Positions 50,540 to 60,206 are shown, numbered from the stretch's first letter. The stretch is 64,000 bases of DNA from Macrostomum lignano (GCA_002269645.1 NIVC01000249.1:248001-312000), one strand, 5' to 3'. Made by a program: numbers and translations. The notes: generated from the letters alone by a model not told the origin.

Positions 50540-50837
50540 AGTAGTAGGTAAAAGTACGCTTCTAGACCCAGAGGCACCTATCAAACAGGTGATTTAAAGG
50601 GCTAGAGGGGGGACACGAGGGGGGAAACCAAAAAACACAATTAAACACCCACCGAAACCCACCGACACCAACCGACACCAACCAACACTAACCAACACAA
50701 TTAAACACCCCCAACACTACTAATAAACAAAAACACCCCCAACACTTCCAAAAATCCCCTCGAGTCCCCCCATTCAAGCCCTTCAAATCACCTGTTTGAT
50801 AGGTGCCGGATCTAGAAGCGTACTTTTACCTACTACT
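50540..50837. repeat. Terminal inverted-repeat hairpin: ~83-bp arms (50540-50622 / 50756-50837) around a 133-bp A/C-rich spacer
   Basis: agtagtaggtaaaagtacgcttctaga...ggcacctatcaaacaggtgattt.aagggct...ggggggac.cgagggg is present in both orientations with few mismatches and small indels. Confidence 0.92.
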
Positions 50838-50904
50838 ACATTTAACCCCAGGCCGCGCCGCAGGCGCGAAGGGTCTTTTTCTGTTACTATAAATTGACAA
50901 AAGG

Positions 50905-51339
50905 ATGACACATGTTACCCAATTATCCAATCTGAATGAAATACAAATTGGAGACCCCATAGAATACCGAGGTGAGGGTCTTTTTGATATGGTTGGTACA
51001 GCAGCAAATTTTGTTAAAGACAATATGGGTCTTATAGGTCAAGCGGGCTCTGCAGCAGGTTCTATAACAAATGCTGTAAAGGGTGGAATTGAAGCAGCTA
51101 GGGCAGCAGAAGAACTAAAGAAATTGAGAGAATTTAACGACACCCTCTCGCAAATAAAAGCAATAAAAGATTTAAAGCTAGCACAGGATGCAACTCAAGC
51201 CGCACAACCAACAGAAATCCCCACGAAAAGCACACCAATAAGTAATAAAGATAATCAGGATTTTAATAAAATGTTAACCTCAATTAAAGGTGGAAAAGGA
51301 TTAAAGAAATTAAAAAAATATAAAAATGGGCTCAATTAA
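50905..51339 (+). CDS. Polinton small core-like protein, 144 aa, with adenain-type IKGG motif and basic tail
   Basis: Intact ORF with ..YRGEGL.., AVKGG and SIKGGKGLKKLKK. The resemblance to virion core proteins is an inference from motifs only. Confidence 0.55.
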   Translation: MTHVTQLSNLNEIQIGDPIEYRGEGLFDMVGTAANFVKDNMGLIGQAGSAAGSITNAVKGGIEAARAAEELKKLREFNDTLSQIKAIKDLKLAQDATQAAQPTEIPTKSTPISNKDNQDFNKMLTSIKGGKGLKKLKKYKNGLN

Positions 51340-51728
51340 TGATGAAAATCGGTTATATTTTATAGGAGAAATTGTAGACACGTTAAATCTAGACGATAAT
51401 AAACATAGTCACTCAATGTTAAAAAGATTAGATCGTTTAGGAAAAAAACTTGACATATGATATCGATACATTTAAACTTGCTGCAAAATATGCACAAGAA
51501 GCAAGGCCAATATCCTTTAAGAATCGTAGTAGAAACTATAGGTTAACAGACTCCGATGTGAAATTTTTAATGGAGACTCACACTAAAAAGGATGGTGGAT
51601 TACTACCCATTCTACCAATCCTTTTAGGTCTTGGAGCAGCCGGAGCAACCGGATTAGCAGGACGATCGAGGACGATCACATATGCATCCAGGATTCAAAT
51701 CTCCCGCAATCATAAATCCCGACAATAA
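51326..51728 (+). pseudogene. Adenovirus pX (mu)-like protein of Polintons, frameshifted at an A run (~51442-51448), 3' end fused to PolB remnant
   Basis: KKDGGLLPILPILLGLGAAGATGLAG resembles the pX signature GG(I/F)LPLL.P.....GA..G.A. The upstream frame from ATG 51326 joins across a poly-A slip. Confidence 0.6.
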
Positions 51729-54700
51729 AGATAATAGGTGTTTATTATGGTGTTTACTAATTCATAAATATCACAAACATGTAAAATCACATGTAAATAA
51801 AATATATAATTATAGATATTATGAGGATGAAATAATAATGAAAGACATATCATTCCCAGTATCGATAGACGATATATATATAAGATAGAAAAAATGAATG
51901 GAATAAATATTAATGTATTTTCAATTGAACAGCCAGTAAACATTATTGAAGCTGATAAAGAATGGTATAAAAAAGATGTTATCTTGTTAAACCAGCAACT
52001 GATATAACAGCACCAGATCAAATTGATTTATTGTATGTACAGCGCGGAAATGAAACACACTATGTTTACATAAAGGACATTAGTTCTTTTTAAGAGAAAA
52101 TGGAAATAGAATGCCATTGTGTAGAAACTGTTTCAAATTTAAAAAGGATGAAACAGCTCTTAAAAACCATCAAAGTTTTTGTTTAGATCACAAATTTACT
52201 AATGTTGTCATGCCCAATGAAAAAGAACAAATCCTAAAGTTCCAACAACACTATATGGCAATTAAAAAACCAATTGTAATATATGCTGATTTTGAAGCAT
52301 CAAACATCCCCTTAAAAGAATCACAGACAGTATCTTATGGTGAATGTACAAAAAAATAGCACAACAGTTTCCAAATAGTTATTGCATTTATGTACATTCT
52401 GTAGCCGAACATATATTTAAATCGAGGATGTTCACTTATCATGGCAGTGACAGCGCAAATCATATGGCTCGTAGACTAGTAAATATATTTGAAGTTATAC
52501 AATATCAATATGAGGCACTATCAAAAAATATTATTATGACAGATAGGGATATATCTAATTATAAGAATGCAACGAATTGTTTTCTATGCAAAATTAAGTT
52601 AAGTAAGAATAATAAAATAAGAGAACATTGTCATCTAACAGGAAATTATCGCGGGGCAGCATGTAAATCATGTAACGCAAAAGAAGGAAAAGGATGTAAG
52701 GAAATACCAGTATTTTTTCATAACGGATCTGGTTATGGTTTTCATTTCCTCGTTCGAGAAGTGCTACAATTAGGTAGGGATGAATATGAAGTAAATATAT
52801 TACCTAAAACATCAGAAAACTATATATCAATAACATATGGTAAGAAACTCTCATCTAGTTTTTCTAGATTCATTGAGATTCTTATCAACTTCTTTAGCAA
52901 ATGTTGTTTCTTCATTAGTTCCAAAACCTATGGATATAGAAATACTAAAGAAGAACTTTCCAATTTTATTGAATAAATTCAAAGAAGAAAAACTATCTGA
53001 AGAAGAACTAAGTATATTAACTCGCAAGGGCGTTTATCTATATGAATATGTAACATCTGAAAAGGTATTTAATGATACCGAACTACCACCCATAGAAAAA
53101 TTTTATTCAACATTATCACAATCTTATATATCTGAAGCAGATTATGAACATGCTCAAAAAGTATGGAAATATTTTAATTGTAAAACATTTAAAGATTATC
53201 ATAACCTATATCTTAAAGCAGATGTTCTCCTGTTAGCTGATGCGTTTGAAAACTTTAGAAATCATACATATGAGAATTTAAAAATTGATCCAGCCTATTG
53301 TTTTAGTGCACCAGGATTAACATGGGCGTGTGGCTTGAAATATACAGATGTTAAGATTGATTTATTAACTGATCATGATATGCTGGTAATGATAGAGCGC
53401 GGAATTCGAAGTGGATTCTCAGGGGTTTTAGGAGATAGATATACTAAAGTAAATAATAAATATCTACCAAATTATAATAAAAAACAAAAATCATCATATG
53501 TATTATATCTAGATGCAAACAATTTATATGGTGTTTGTATGAAACAAAAATTACCAATTGCTGATTTCCGATGGGAAGATGATCCCAATTATTATAAAAA
53601 CATTCCCAAAGGAAGGGGATGTATTGTAGAAGTAGATTTAGAATATACTCGGCAAGCAAAAGCAAGAACGTATAAATACCCATTAGCTCCAGAGCATTGC
53701 TCAGTTAAGGAAGACGATTTATCACAAACGCAAAAAGATTATCTCAAAGCCAATAATACAAAACACCTAGCGACAAAAAAGTTAATACTAGATTTATTTG
53801 ATAAGAAAAACTATGTAGTGCATTATAAGCTTCTACAATTTTATGAAAAGCAGGGACTAAAAGTTACAAAAGTACATTGAACCATCTCCTTTATTGAGGA
53901 ATATTGGTTAGCTAAATATATCGACTCTAATTCAAATCAGAGACAGATGTCAAAAACAAATTTTGAGAAAGATTACTGAAAATTAATGAACAATGCTTTT
54001 TATGAAAAAAACTGTTGAAAATATTAGAGATAGAACACAATTCCATTTAGAAAAGGATATTGAAAAAGCAAAGAAATATTTTTCAAAACCAAACTTTAAA
54101 GACTTTATAAAATTTGATGATGAATTTATGGGAATACATACGCGCAATAAAACAACAAAATCTCTTAAACCAATATTTATTGGAATGGTTGTGTTAGATT
54201 ATGCTAAGTTAGTAATGTATGAATATTATTATGATGTTATTAATAAAACTTGGCCAGATAACTATCCAATATATGCAGACACCGATAGCTTGGTATTTAA
54301 GGTTGAAACACCAGCCGTCTATAAAGACATGGAAACAATTCAGGATACCTTAGATACACCCGACTATCCGGATAACCATCCCCTAAAATCAAATAAAAAT
54401 AAGAAAGTTGTACTTAAAATGAAAGATGAATTAAATAGTAAAATCATAACCGAGTTTATAGCAATAAGATCAAAATGTTATGCATTTAAGGTTTTAGGAC
54501 AGGAGGGAGAGGTAAAAAAATAAAAGGGGTATCAAGAGCAGCAGTTAAAAATATAACCTTTGATGATTATAAAAATGTATTATTAGATTACCTTAATACA
54601 ATTGAAAATTATCATGCTCCACAATATCGATTAAATTCAAATAATCATCAGATGTTTGTTATTGAGACGGATAAAAAAACCTTAAACCCATTTGATGATA

Positions 54701-54970
54701 AAAGGTATTTAGGTAATCAAATTAAAACATATCCATATGGTTTAAAAGAAGAAATAAAAAACATGAAAATAGATAAAAAACAAAATGAGGATATAATGCA
54801 TCGGTTTGCGCGAGCCCGCGAGGGCTAACCGCTGTTAGTGCAAGGGGGGGCTGTTTGGGTGCTGGCGGTCTGGTGGGGTGGTGGGTGCGTTGGTGCGTGC
54901 GCGTGCCTATTTAGGCCGCCACCTTTGTGGCTGCGCGGGGTTGCTCGCGGTTGAATTTTTTTGCTGAATC

Positions 54971-56062
54971 ATGGCAGATAGCCTTGTACTGCCCGCAACT
55001 AACAAAGCGCTACGAGAAGCCCTTAGTGAGCGCGGCCTGCCTACTAATGGCAATAAGCAAGAGCTAACAAGTCGTCTAAAACTCAGCATTGCCAAGGAGC
55101 TTGAGCGGCAGGCGTTGGAGCAGGACAGAGGCTCATCTCGTCGTGCTCAAGATGACAAGACATCACCGACGAATGCGGGCGCACCCGAGCTAAGTCTGGC
55201 TCCACCTGAGGACGAGATGCTACCGGCGGTGGGCGCCTCGGCCGAGGGTCGGGCGGCGACGGGAGGCGGTCTCGAGGATCAGCTGCGAGAGACTGAACTG
55301 CGCATTCGGCTGCTGGACCTGAAAAAAAGAGAGGCTCAGCTCGAAGCCGAGCTCGCTGAAGCGCGTCACAGTGGCACGGCGGCTGCGAGAGAACGTGATC
55401 AGACTCCCGGTGAGTGGCATGATTTGGTTGGCGAGTGTATACTCGGGCAGGCTGGGGCTGCAACTTCGCATGCTCAGGCGCCGGCGGTGTACAGAGTCGT
55501 TGATTTTATCAGTGAGCGTAAGCGGAGACAAGGAAGCCAGTCTGTTGTGGGAGCGGCAAAGCCAGAGAGGTTGAGACACGTCAGTCCCGAGTCACTGTCG
55601 TTTGGCGATTTCATCTCCGGTAGCTGTAACTTACTGGTGCAAATGCTGCGTGATGGCAAACTGCTGCGCATTGTTGATGGCAGAATCGATTCATCCGAGT
55701 TGATCGATCATCTCCGACATAACGCTAGAATTGGTGACCTGCTAGATTTAGGCTTCGATCGCACTAAAGTCATGAGATATGATGACGAATGTCGGCTTCT
55801 CCAGCATGATGGAACGCGGTGGAGCGCTGTTAGCGCAGACCTGGGTCTGGTGGCAACACACTTGATGGCACCAACAAAAATGATAAACGCAACAGCGCCT
55901 AAAAAGCGAACGCAGCCACCTGTCTGTTTCGACTTCAACAGTCTTAGCGGCTGCAACAGAACTCACTGCCGCTTCGCCCATCAGTGCCGCAGGTGCTCAC
56001 AGCCGCACTCTGAAGCCCGAGCCCACGCTGATGGGGACCCGGGCCAATTTTCAAAAAACTAG
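54971..56062 (+). CDS. Gag-like ORF1 (363 aa) with N-terminal SAP-like motif, coiled coil and C-terminal CCCH/CCH zinc knuckle
   Basis: LPATNKALREALSERGLPTNGNKQELTSRL (SAP consensus); LRETELRIRLLDLKKREAQLEAELAE (coiled coil); CFDFNSLSGCNRTHCRFAHQCRRCSQPH. Confidence 0.9.
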   Translation: MADSLVLPATNKALREALSERGLPTNGNKQELTSRLKLSIAKELERQALEQDRGSSRRAQDDKTSPTNAGAPELSLAPPEDEMLPAVGASAEGRAATGGGLEDQLRETELRIRLLDLKKREAQLEAELAEARHSGTAAARERDQTPGEWHDLVGECILGQAGAATSHAQAPAVYRVVDFISERKRRQGSQSVVGAAKPERLRHVSPESLSFGDFISGSCNLLVQMLRDGKLLRIVDGRIDSSELIDHLRHNARIGDLLDLGFDRTKVMRYDDECRLLQHDGTRWSAVSADLGLVATHLMAPTKMINATAPKKRTQPPVCFDFNSLSGCNRTHCRFAHQCRRCSQPHSEARAHADGDPGQFSKN

Positions 56063-56149
56063 CGTGCGAGGTGGGGGCACAGGACTCAATGTCTGCCGTC
56101 GGGTCGCCCTCCTGTGCCCCCACGGGGGAGCTCCCCCTATGTGACCCGA
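56053..56149 (+). promoter_or_regulatory. Predicted -1 programmed ribosomal frameshift signal: A_AAA_AAC heptamer + three-stem pseudoknot
   Basis: Heptamer 56053-56059 is in Gag phase. Stem 1 is 56071-56084/56110-56123 (14 perfect bp); stem 2 is 56099-56107/56141-56149; stem 3 is 56124-56128/56133-56137. The -1 frame is the RT ORF. Confidence 0.75.
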
Positions 56150-57984
56150 GTTCAACTGAGTTGTCGAGCGACCTTGTGTTTGCGGTTTGGCGGGAAGAGC
56201 TGGCTGGGACCGAGATGCCGGAGGACCGTGTCAGGTTCGTGCTCGATGGTGTGAAGAATGGCTTTCGAATTACTAATAAAGTGATGGATTGTAAGAACCA
56301 CACTGAGATGGCAAATCACAGATCAGCTACCATTCACCAGCAAGCTGTTGAGGCCCAGGTGCGCCAGGAGCTCAAGCAGGACCGCTACAGGCGCTGCCAG
56401 GCAGGCAACCGGCCGCTCATCGTTAGTGCCCTTGGTGCGATCCCTAAGGCGGATTCGTCTTCCATCCGCCTTATTCACGACTGCAGCCTGCCAACTGGCG
56501 CCTCTGTGAATGATTTCTTTGAGTCGAAACGGAAGTTGCGTTTTACTTCGGCCAGCAACTTTGCCTCGAAGCTGTACAGCGGCGCGTACATGTGCAAAGT
56601 GGATCTGTCGCAAGCATATCGTTCATGTGGTGTGCACCCTGATGACCACCGGGTCACAGGCATGAAGATTCAGCTCCAAGGCGAGGGCCAGCCAGTGTAC
56701 CTGTACGACACGCGGCTCCCGTTTGGTGCTTCGGCTTCCGTCTTCTGCTTTTACGAGCTGAGCCAAGCTGTGCGTTTTATGATGTTGAAGCATGGTTTCT
56801 ACGCTATGGAGGCCTACATGGATGACTTCGCCTTTTGTGGAGATCTGGAGTCCTGCTGGAAGTTCTACAACCATCTCATCGATCTGCTCGAGCGGCTAGG
56901 CTTCACCGTTAACCGTAGCAAGTGTGTTCCGCCGACAACGCGGATGACCTTTCTGGGCATTTTATTTGATAGCGTGGCAGGCCAGATGTCTCTTCCTGCC
57001 GAAAAAGTCCAAGACTTGTTGCATGTTTTATCCCTCTGCTCTTCGAAGAAAAGGCTGTCAAAGTCGTGTTTGCAGAAGTTGATCGGCAAGTTAAACTGGG
57101 CGTCGCAAGTTGTTCGGCACGGGAGAGTTTTCCTCCGACCTCTTATCGACATTGTTAACAAGCTGCATCGGCCTCATGACAGGGTTCTTGTTAGTCCCTC
57201 CGTGGTGCACCACCTCTCCTGGTGGCGGTTGGCTTTGCAGCATCGCATCGGTGTTGGCCTGTGGACTTCGCCGAGGGCTTGTGTTGCCATAGAGACTGAC
57301 TCGTCGTCTTCAGGCGCCGCGGCGGTGCTCCGTGACGGTGATGGGATTCGTGATTGGTGCTTTATTGACTGGCAGATCGACGCAAATGGTGTTTTTCAGA
57401 ATTACTGCATCAATTACAAGGAGGCTGTGGTTATATTGCTGGCTGTTTTGAGATGGGGCCAATCCTTGGCTGGTTGTCGGCTTGCTGTGTACTGCGACAA
57501 TGAGACGGCGTGTTGGATTCTAAGGCGAGGTGTCTCCAAGGACTCGCGTCTGATGTGGTTGCTGCAGTCTGTGGCGTTGCTCTGTCTGCGTTTTGACGTT
57601 GAATTTGAGGTCTTTCACGTTCCTGGTGCTTATCAGCTGTTTGCTGATGCAGGGTCCCGCCTGCACTCGCGTCATGAGTTGCTTAATTTTATTTTCCGTG
57701 TTTACGGGTCTGTACCAGTTTGCCCTGTGGAGTTTTCGGATCACGCGTTTTCTGTTTTTGCCTCCCGTTTTTTATTTTCACAGGCCGCCTCCCTGCAACG
57801 CCGACCCTCGGCGCCGCCGCCTCCAGCCTCCTCGCCGCAGCATACGCACCGCAGTCACGCAGGGCGATCTCATCGGCCGTCCGGTCCTGGCACAGCTTCT
57901 GCAACGAGAACGGGACCAACCCGGCTCGATCCGACCGGTCGGTGCTACTCAACTACCTGGCTCACCTGGTCGAATGCCGCCTGA
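56071..57984 (+). CDS. Reverse transcriptase / RNase H ORF2 (frame open from 56032)
   Basis: IRLIHDCS, CKVDLSQAYR, RLPFGASASV, YMDDF, FLGILFD; RNase H ETDSS / NYKEA / YCDN / HVPG..QLFADAGSR. Confidence 0.95.
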   Translation: MGAQDSMSAVGSPSCAPTGELPLCDPSSTELSSDLVFAVWREELAGTEMPEDRVRFVLDGVKNGFRITNKVMDCKNHTEMANHRSATIHQQAVEAQVRQELKQDRYRRCQAGNRPLIVSALGAIPKADSSSIRLIHDCSLPTGASVNDFFESKRKLRFTSASNFASKLYSGAYMCKVDLSQAYRSCGVHPDDHRVTGMKIQLQGEGQPVYLYDTRLPFGASASVFCFYELSQAVRFMMLKHGFYAMEAYMDDFAFCGDLESCWKFYNHLIDLLERLGFTVNRSKCVPPTTRMTFLGILFDSVAGQMSLPAEKVQDLLHVLSLCSSKKRLSKSCLQKLIGKLNWASQVVRHGRVFLRPLIDIVNKLHRPHDRVLVSPSVVHHLSWWRLALQHRIGVGLWTSPRACVAIETDSSSSGAAAVLRDGDGIRDWCFIDWQIDANGVFQNYCINYKEAVVILLAVLRWGQSLAGCRLAVYCDNETACWILRRGVSKDSRLMWLLQSVALLCLRFDVEFEVFHVPGAYQLFADAGSRLHSRHELLNFIFRVYGSVPVCPVEFSDHAFSVFASRFLFSQAASLQRRPSAPPPPASSPQHTHRSHAGRSHRPSGPGTASATRTGPTRLDPTGRCYSTTWLTWSNAA

Positions 57985-58763
57985 GATCGTTCAACAGTCT
58001 GCGTGTCCATGTCAGTGCACTGTCCAGCTGGTTCAAAGCCTGTGGTGCTGAGGACCTAACAAAACACCACCTGGTCTCACTGCTCGTTCGCGGCGCTAAA
58101 CGGAGGATGGGCCAGCGACCAAGACGGAAGCTGCCGATCTCGCCTGCGATGCTGCTGTCTGTGAAAAACCGGCTTAACTCGAGCAGTTCGCTTGACAGAG
58201 TCTGCTGGCTTGTGACGCTTATTGCTTGGTGGGGGATGTTTCGGCGCTCCAGTCTCCTGCCCAGTCAGCAGTCCGCTTCACCGATTTCCGTCTCAGCCTT
58301 TCAACGCCACCCGAAGGGGGTTGTGCTCTCTGTCAGTTATGGCAAGACGAATCAGTTCGGCGCGAAGCTGCACCGGGTGTTGCTTCCAAGGCTAAAAGAA
58401 GGACATCCGCTTTGCCCAGTGGCTGCGCTAGAGGGTCACCTCCGTGTCAGCAAGCTTGGCTGCAGGCAGCCTGTGTTCTCCTACCAGTTGGCGAGCGGAT
58501 CCTCTGTTGTCCTGTCTGCCTCAAGATTCGACAGGTTCCTCAAGCGCTGCCTAGCAACTGCTGAGCAGGACGCTCGTTCTTTCTCAGCGCACAGCCTGCG
58601 CAGAGGTGGTGCCACCTGGGCCTACCGTCTCGGACTATCTGTTCAGGAGGTGAAGTGCATCGGTGACTGGCGAAGTGATGCTGTGACTGCCTACCTTCCA
58701 TCTGCTGATTCTGTGCGGGCTGGTTCGCGTTTTGCTGGTGCTTTTAACGAGAGTTGCCTTTGA
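57720..58763 (+). CDS. Tyrosine recombinase ORF3 (no ATG before the conserved N-terminal domain; probable entry via splice acceptor at 57783)
   Basis: Catalytic set: WWGMFRRS (R), KTNQFG (K), HSLRRGGAT (HxxR), GDWRSDAVTAY (W...Y). N-terminal SAM-like region AYAPQSRRAISSAVRSWHSFC. Confidence 0.95.
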   Translation: MPCGVFGSRVFCFCLPFFIFTGRLPATPTLGAAASSLLAAAYAPQSRRAISSAVRSWHSFCNENGTNPARSDRSVLLNYLAHLVECRLRSFNSLRVHVSALSSWFKACGAEDLTKHHLVSLLVRGAKRRMGQRPRRKLPISPAMLLSVKNRLNSSSSLDRVCWLVTLIAWWGMFRRSSLLPSQQSASPISVSAFQRHPKGVVLSVSYGKTNQFGAKLHRVLLPRLKEGHPLCPVAALEGHLRVSKLGCRQPVFSYQLASGSSVVLSASRFDRFLKRCLATAEQDARSFSAHSLRRGGATWAYRLGLSVQEVKCIGDWRSDAVTAYLPSADSVRAGSRFAGAFNESCL

Positions 58764-59463
58764 GTAACTTTTGCTTGTGTTCAAAGTTTTATTTCCGTTC
58801 TTATCCCCAGCCTTATTTCCGCCGTTTCGTAAATTCTCTCCTTCGTTCATTCATTTGTTTGTTTGGCCTTGGGGTTGCATCCTCTGGCTTTTCGCTGCCT
58901 CGCCATCGCCACACTCGGTTTGTCTTGTCTTTGCCTCCCCTTCACTAATGCATCGGTTTGCGCGAGCCCGCGAGGGCTAACCGCTGTTAGTGCAAGGGGG
59001 GGCTGTTTGGGTGCTGGCGGTCTGGTGGGGTGGTGGGTGCGTTGGTGCGTGCGCGTGCCTATTTAGGCCGCCACCTTTGTGGCTGCGCGGGGTTGCTCGC
59101 GGTTGAATTTTTTTTTCCTCGCTAATTATAATTTTTAATCAGTTTAATTCGTTTTAACAAGTCATGAAATAAATACGATCGTCTGAGGGTTGCATCCTCT
59201 GGCTTTTCGCTGCCTCGCCATCGCCACACTCGGTTTGTCTTGTCTTTGCCTCCCCTTCACTAATAAGTAGATATAAAGAATACAAAGAGTCAATAAATAT
59301 TTATTATTATAATTATGATTGTGAATACGAATGTGAATGTGAATATAATAAATTTCTAGAATATGAAAAAGATATAGATAATTATTATGCAACATTTCCA
59401 AAAGAACTTAAAAAAATAAACAAGGAACAAGTCTTGGATAACTGGAAGAGATTAACAGAACAA

Positions 59464-59814
59464 TTACTTATAAAAAACCAAAGCATGTAATTGTTTAAGC
59501 ATAATATCCAGTTCAATTTCATATTTTATAGAACACCAATTGTCTTCACAGTCAGGTGGGTAAGACAAACATTTTTTTATTTTTTTCCCAAGCAATTTTA
59601 TTCTCCTAACCAACCTATCTATTTCAATTTCAATTACTGTTTCCGCATAATCAATTGCAGCTTTTATAAAACGCTTTCTTTTTTCTAAGTCATATCGAAT
59701 TGGAAAAATATCGTCACCATAATCACTATATTTCAGATTTTTTATCTTATTTAATTTTTTATTAATATCATAAAGTTCACGTTCTTTCGTGACAAAGATT
59801 TTTAGTGTCTCCAT
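59464..59814 (-). CDS. Polinton hypothetical protein, 116 aa
   Basis: Intact ATG ORF in a tightly packed viral gene array; no recognisable motif. Confidence 0.55.
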   Translation of the reverse strand: METLKIFVTKERELYDINKKLNKIKNLKYSDYGDDIFPIRYDLEKRKRFIKAAIDYAETVIEIEIDRLVRRIKLLGKKIKKCLSYPPDCEDNWCSIKYEIELDIMLKQLHALVFYK

Positions 59815-60206
59815 TTTCTTATAAAAATTTTGTCTGAATTTTCTTCATTCCATAAAGTAGCTAATTTTACAGTCCTGTCACTCTTTTTATTTCTTGTTTG
59901 TTTTAGTATAAATTGCAACCCACCATCTAGACTGTATTTCATAATAAAAGTTTTTGGTTTGTTAGTAACTAAAACTAGAAAATTTTTAACATCATTGCCG
60001 CTTAAACATAGGACTTTGTTATCACTCAATTGTAAAAATATAGATTGAATTCCAATAAATTTAACTTGTCGCAAACATATTATATCATACTCTTTAGGCT
60101 CCAGAGAATTGGGTGTGAGAAAATTAATGATATTAGTGTGACAGTGTGATTCGTAGAAGCGTGTATCGTATTTCTTTATTTTCATATGCATACCGTATTC
60201 TTTCAT
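59802..60206 (-). CDS. Polinton hypothetical protein, 134 aa
   Basis: Intact ATG ORF overlapping the next gene by 13 nt. Confidence 0.55.
   Translation of the reverse strand: MKEYGMHMKIKKYDTRFYESHCHTNIINFLTPNSLEPKEYDIICLRQVKFIGIQSIFLQLSDNKVLCLSGNDVKNFLVLVTNKPKTFIMKYSLDGGLQFILKQTRNKKSDRTVKLATLWNEENSDKIFIRKWRH

Larger units (their letters stand above)
54794..59264 (+). mobile_element. Intact Ngaro-type (DIRS order) tyrosine-recombinase retrotransposon, 4471 bp, split direct repeats A1-ORFs-B1/A2-B2
   Basis: A1 54794-54962 = A2 58946-59114; B1 58872-58949 = B2 59187-59264; B1 and A2 overlap on TAAT. Gag, RT/RH and YR ORFs are intact, and no methyltransferase domain follows RH (Ngaro-like). AATAAA at 59168. 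Confidence 0.95.
51682..59490 (+). pseudogene. polB: Protein-primed family B DNA polymerase (PolB) with endonuclease VII-like insert; multiple stops and frameshifts; interrupted by the YR retrotransposon at 54794-59264
   Basis: Motifs in order: AIINPDNKDNRCLLW, ExoI IYADFE, EndoVII-like REHCHLTGNYRGAACKSCN, ExoII HNGSGY, RKGVYLYEY, ExoIII YLKADVLLLADAFENFR, motif A YLDANNLYG, motif B KLMNNAFY, motif C YADTDSL, KMKDE, PFDDKRY. The last 75 codons lie at 59265-59490. Confidence 0.93.

Noticed and set aside
50540-50837. 298-bp hairpin unit as an independent MITE insertion
   Set aside because: No target-site duplication (left gacccg, right acattt), and the right flank is viral rather than host sequence; kept as a terminal structure instead.
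51682-54793. PolB as a functional gene
   Set aside because: At least six stops or frameshifts plus the retrotransposon insertion; some lesions at A runs could be sequencing errors, but not all.
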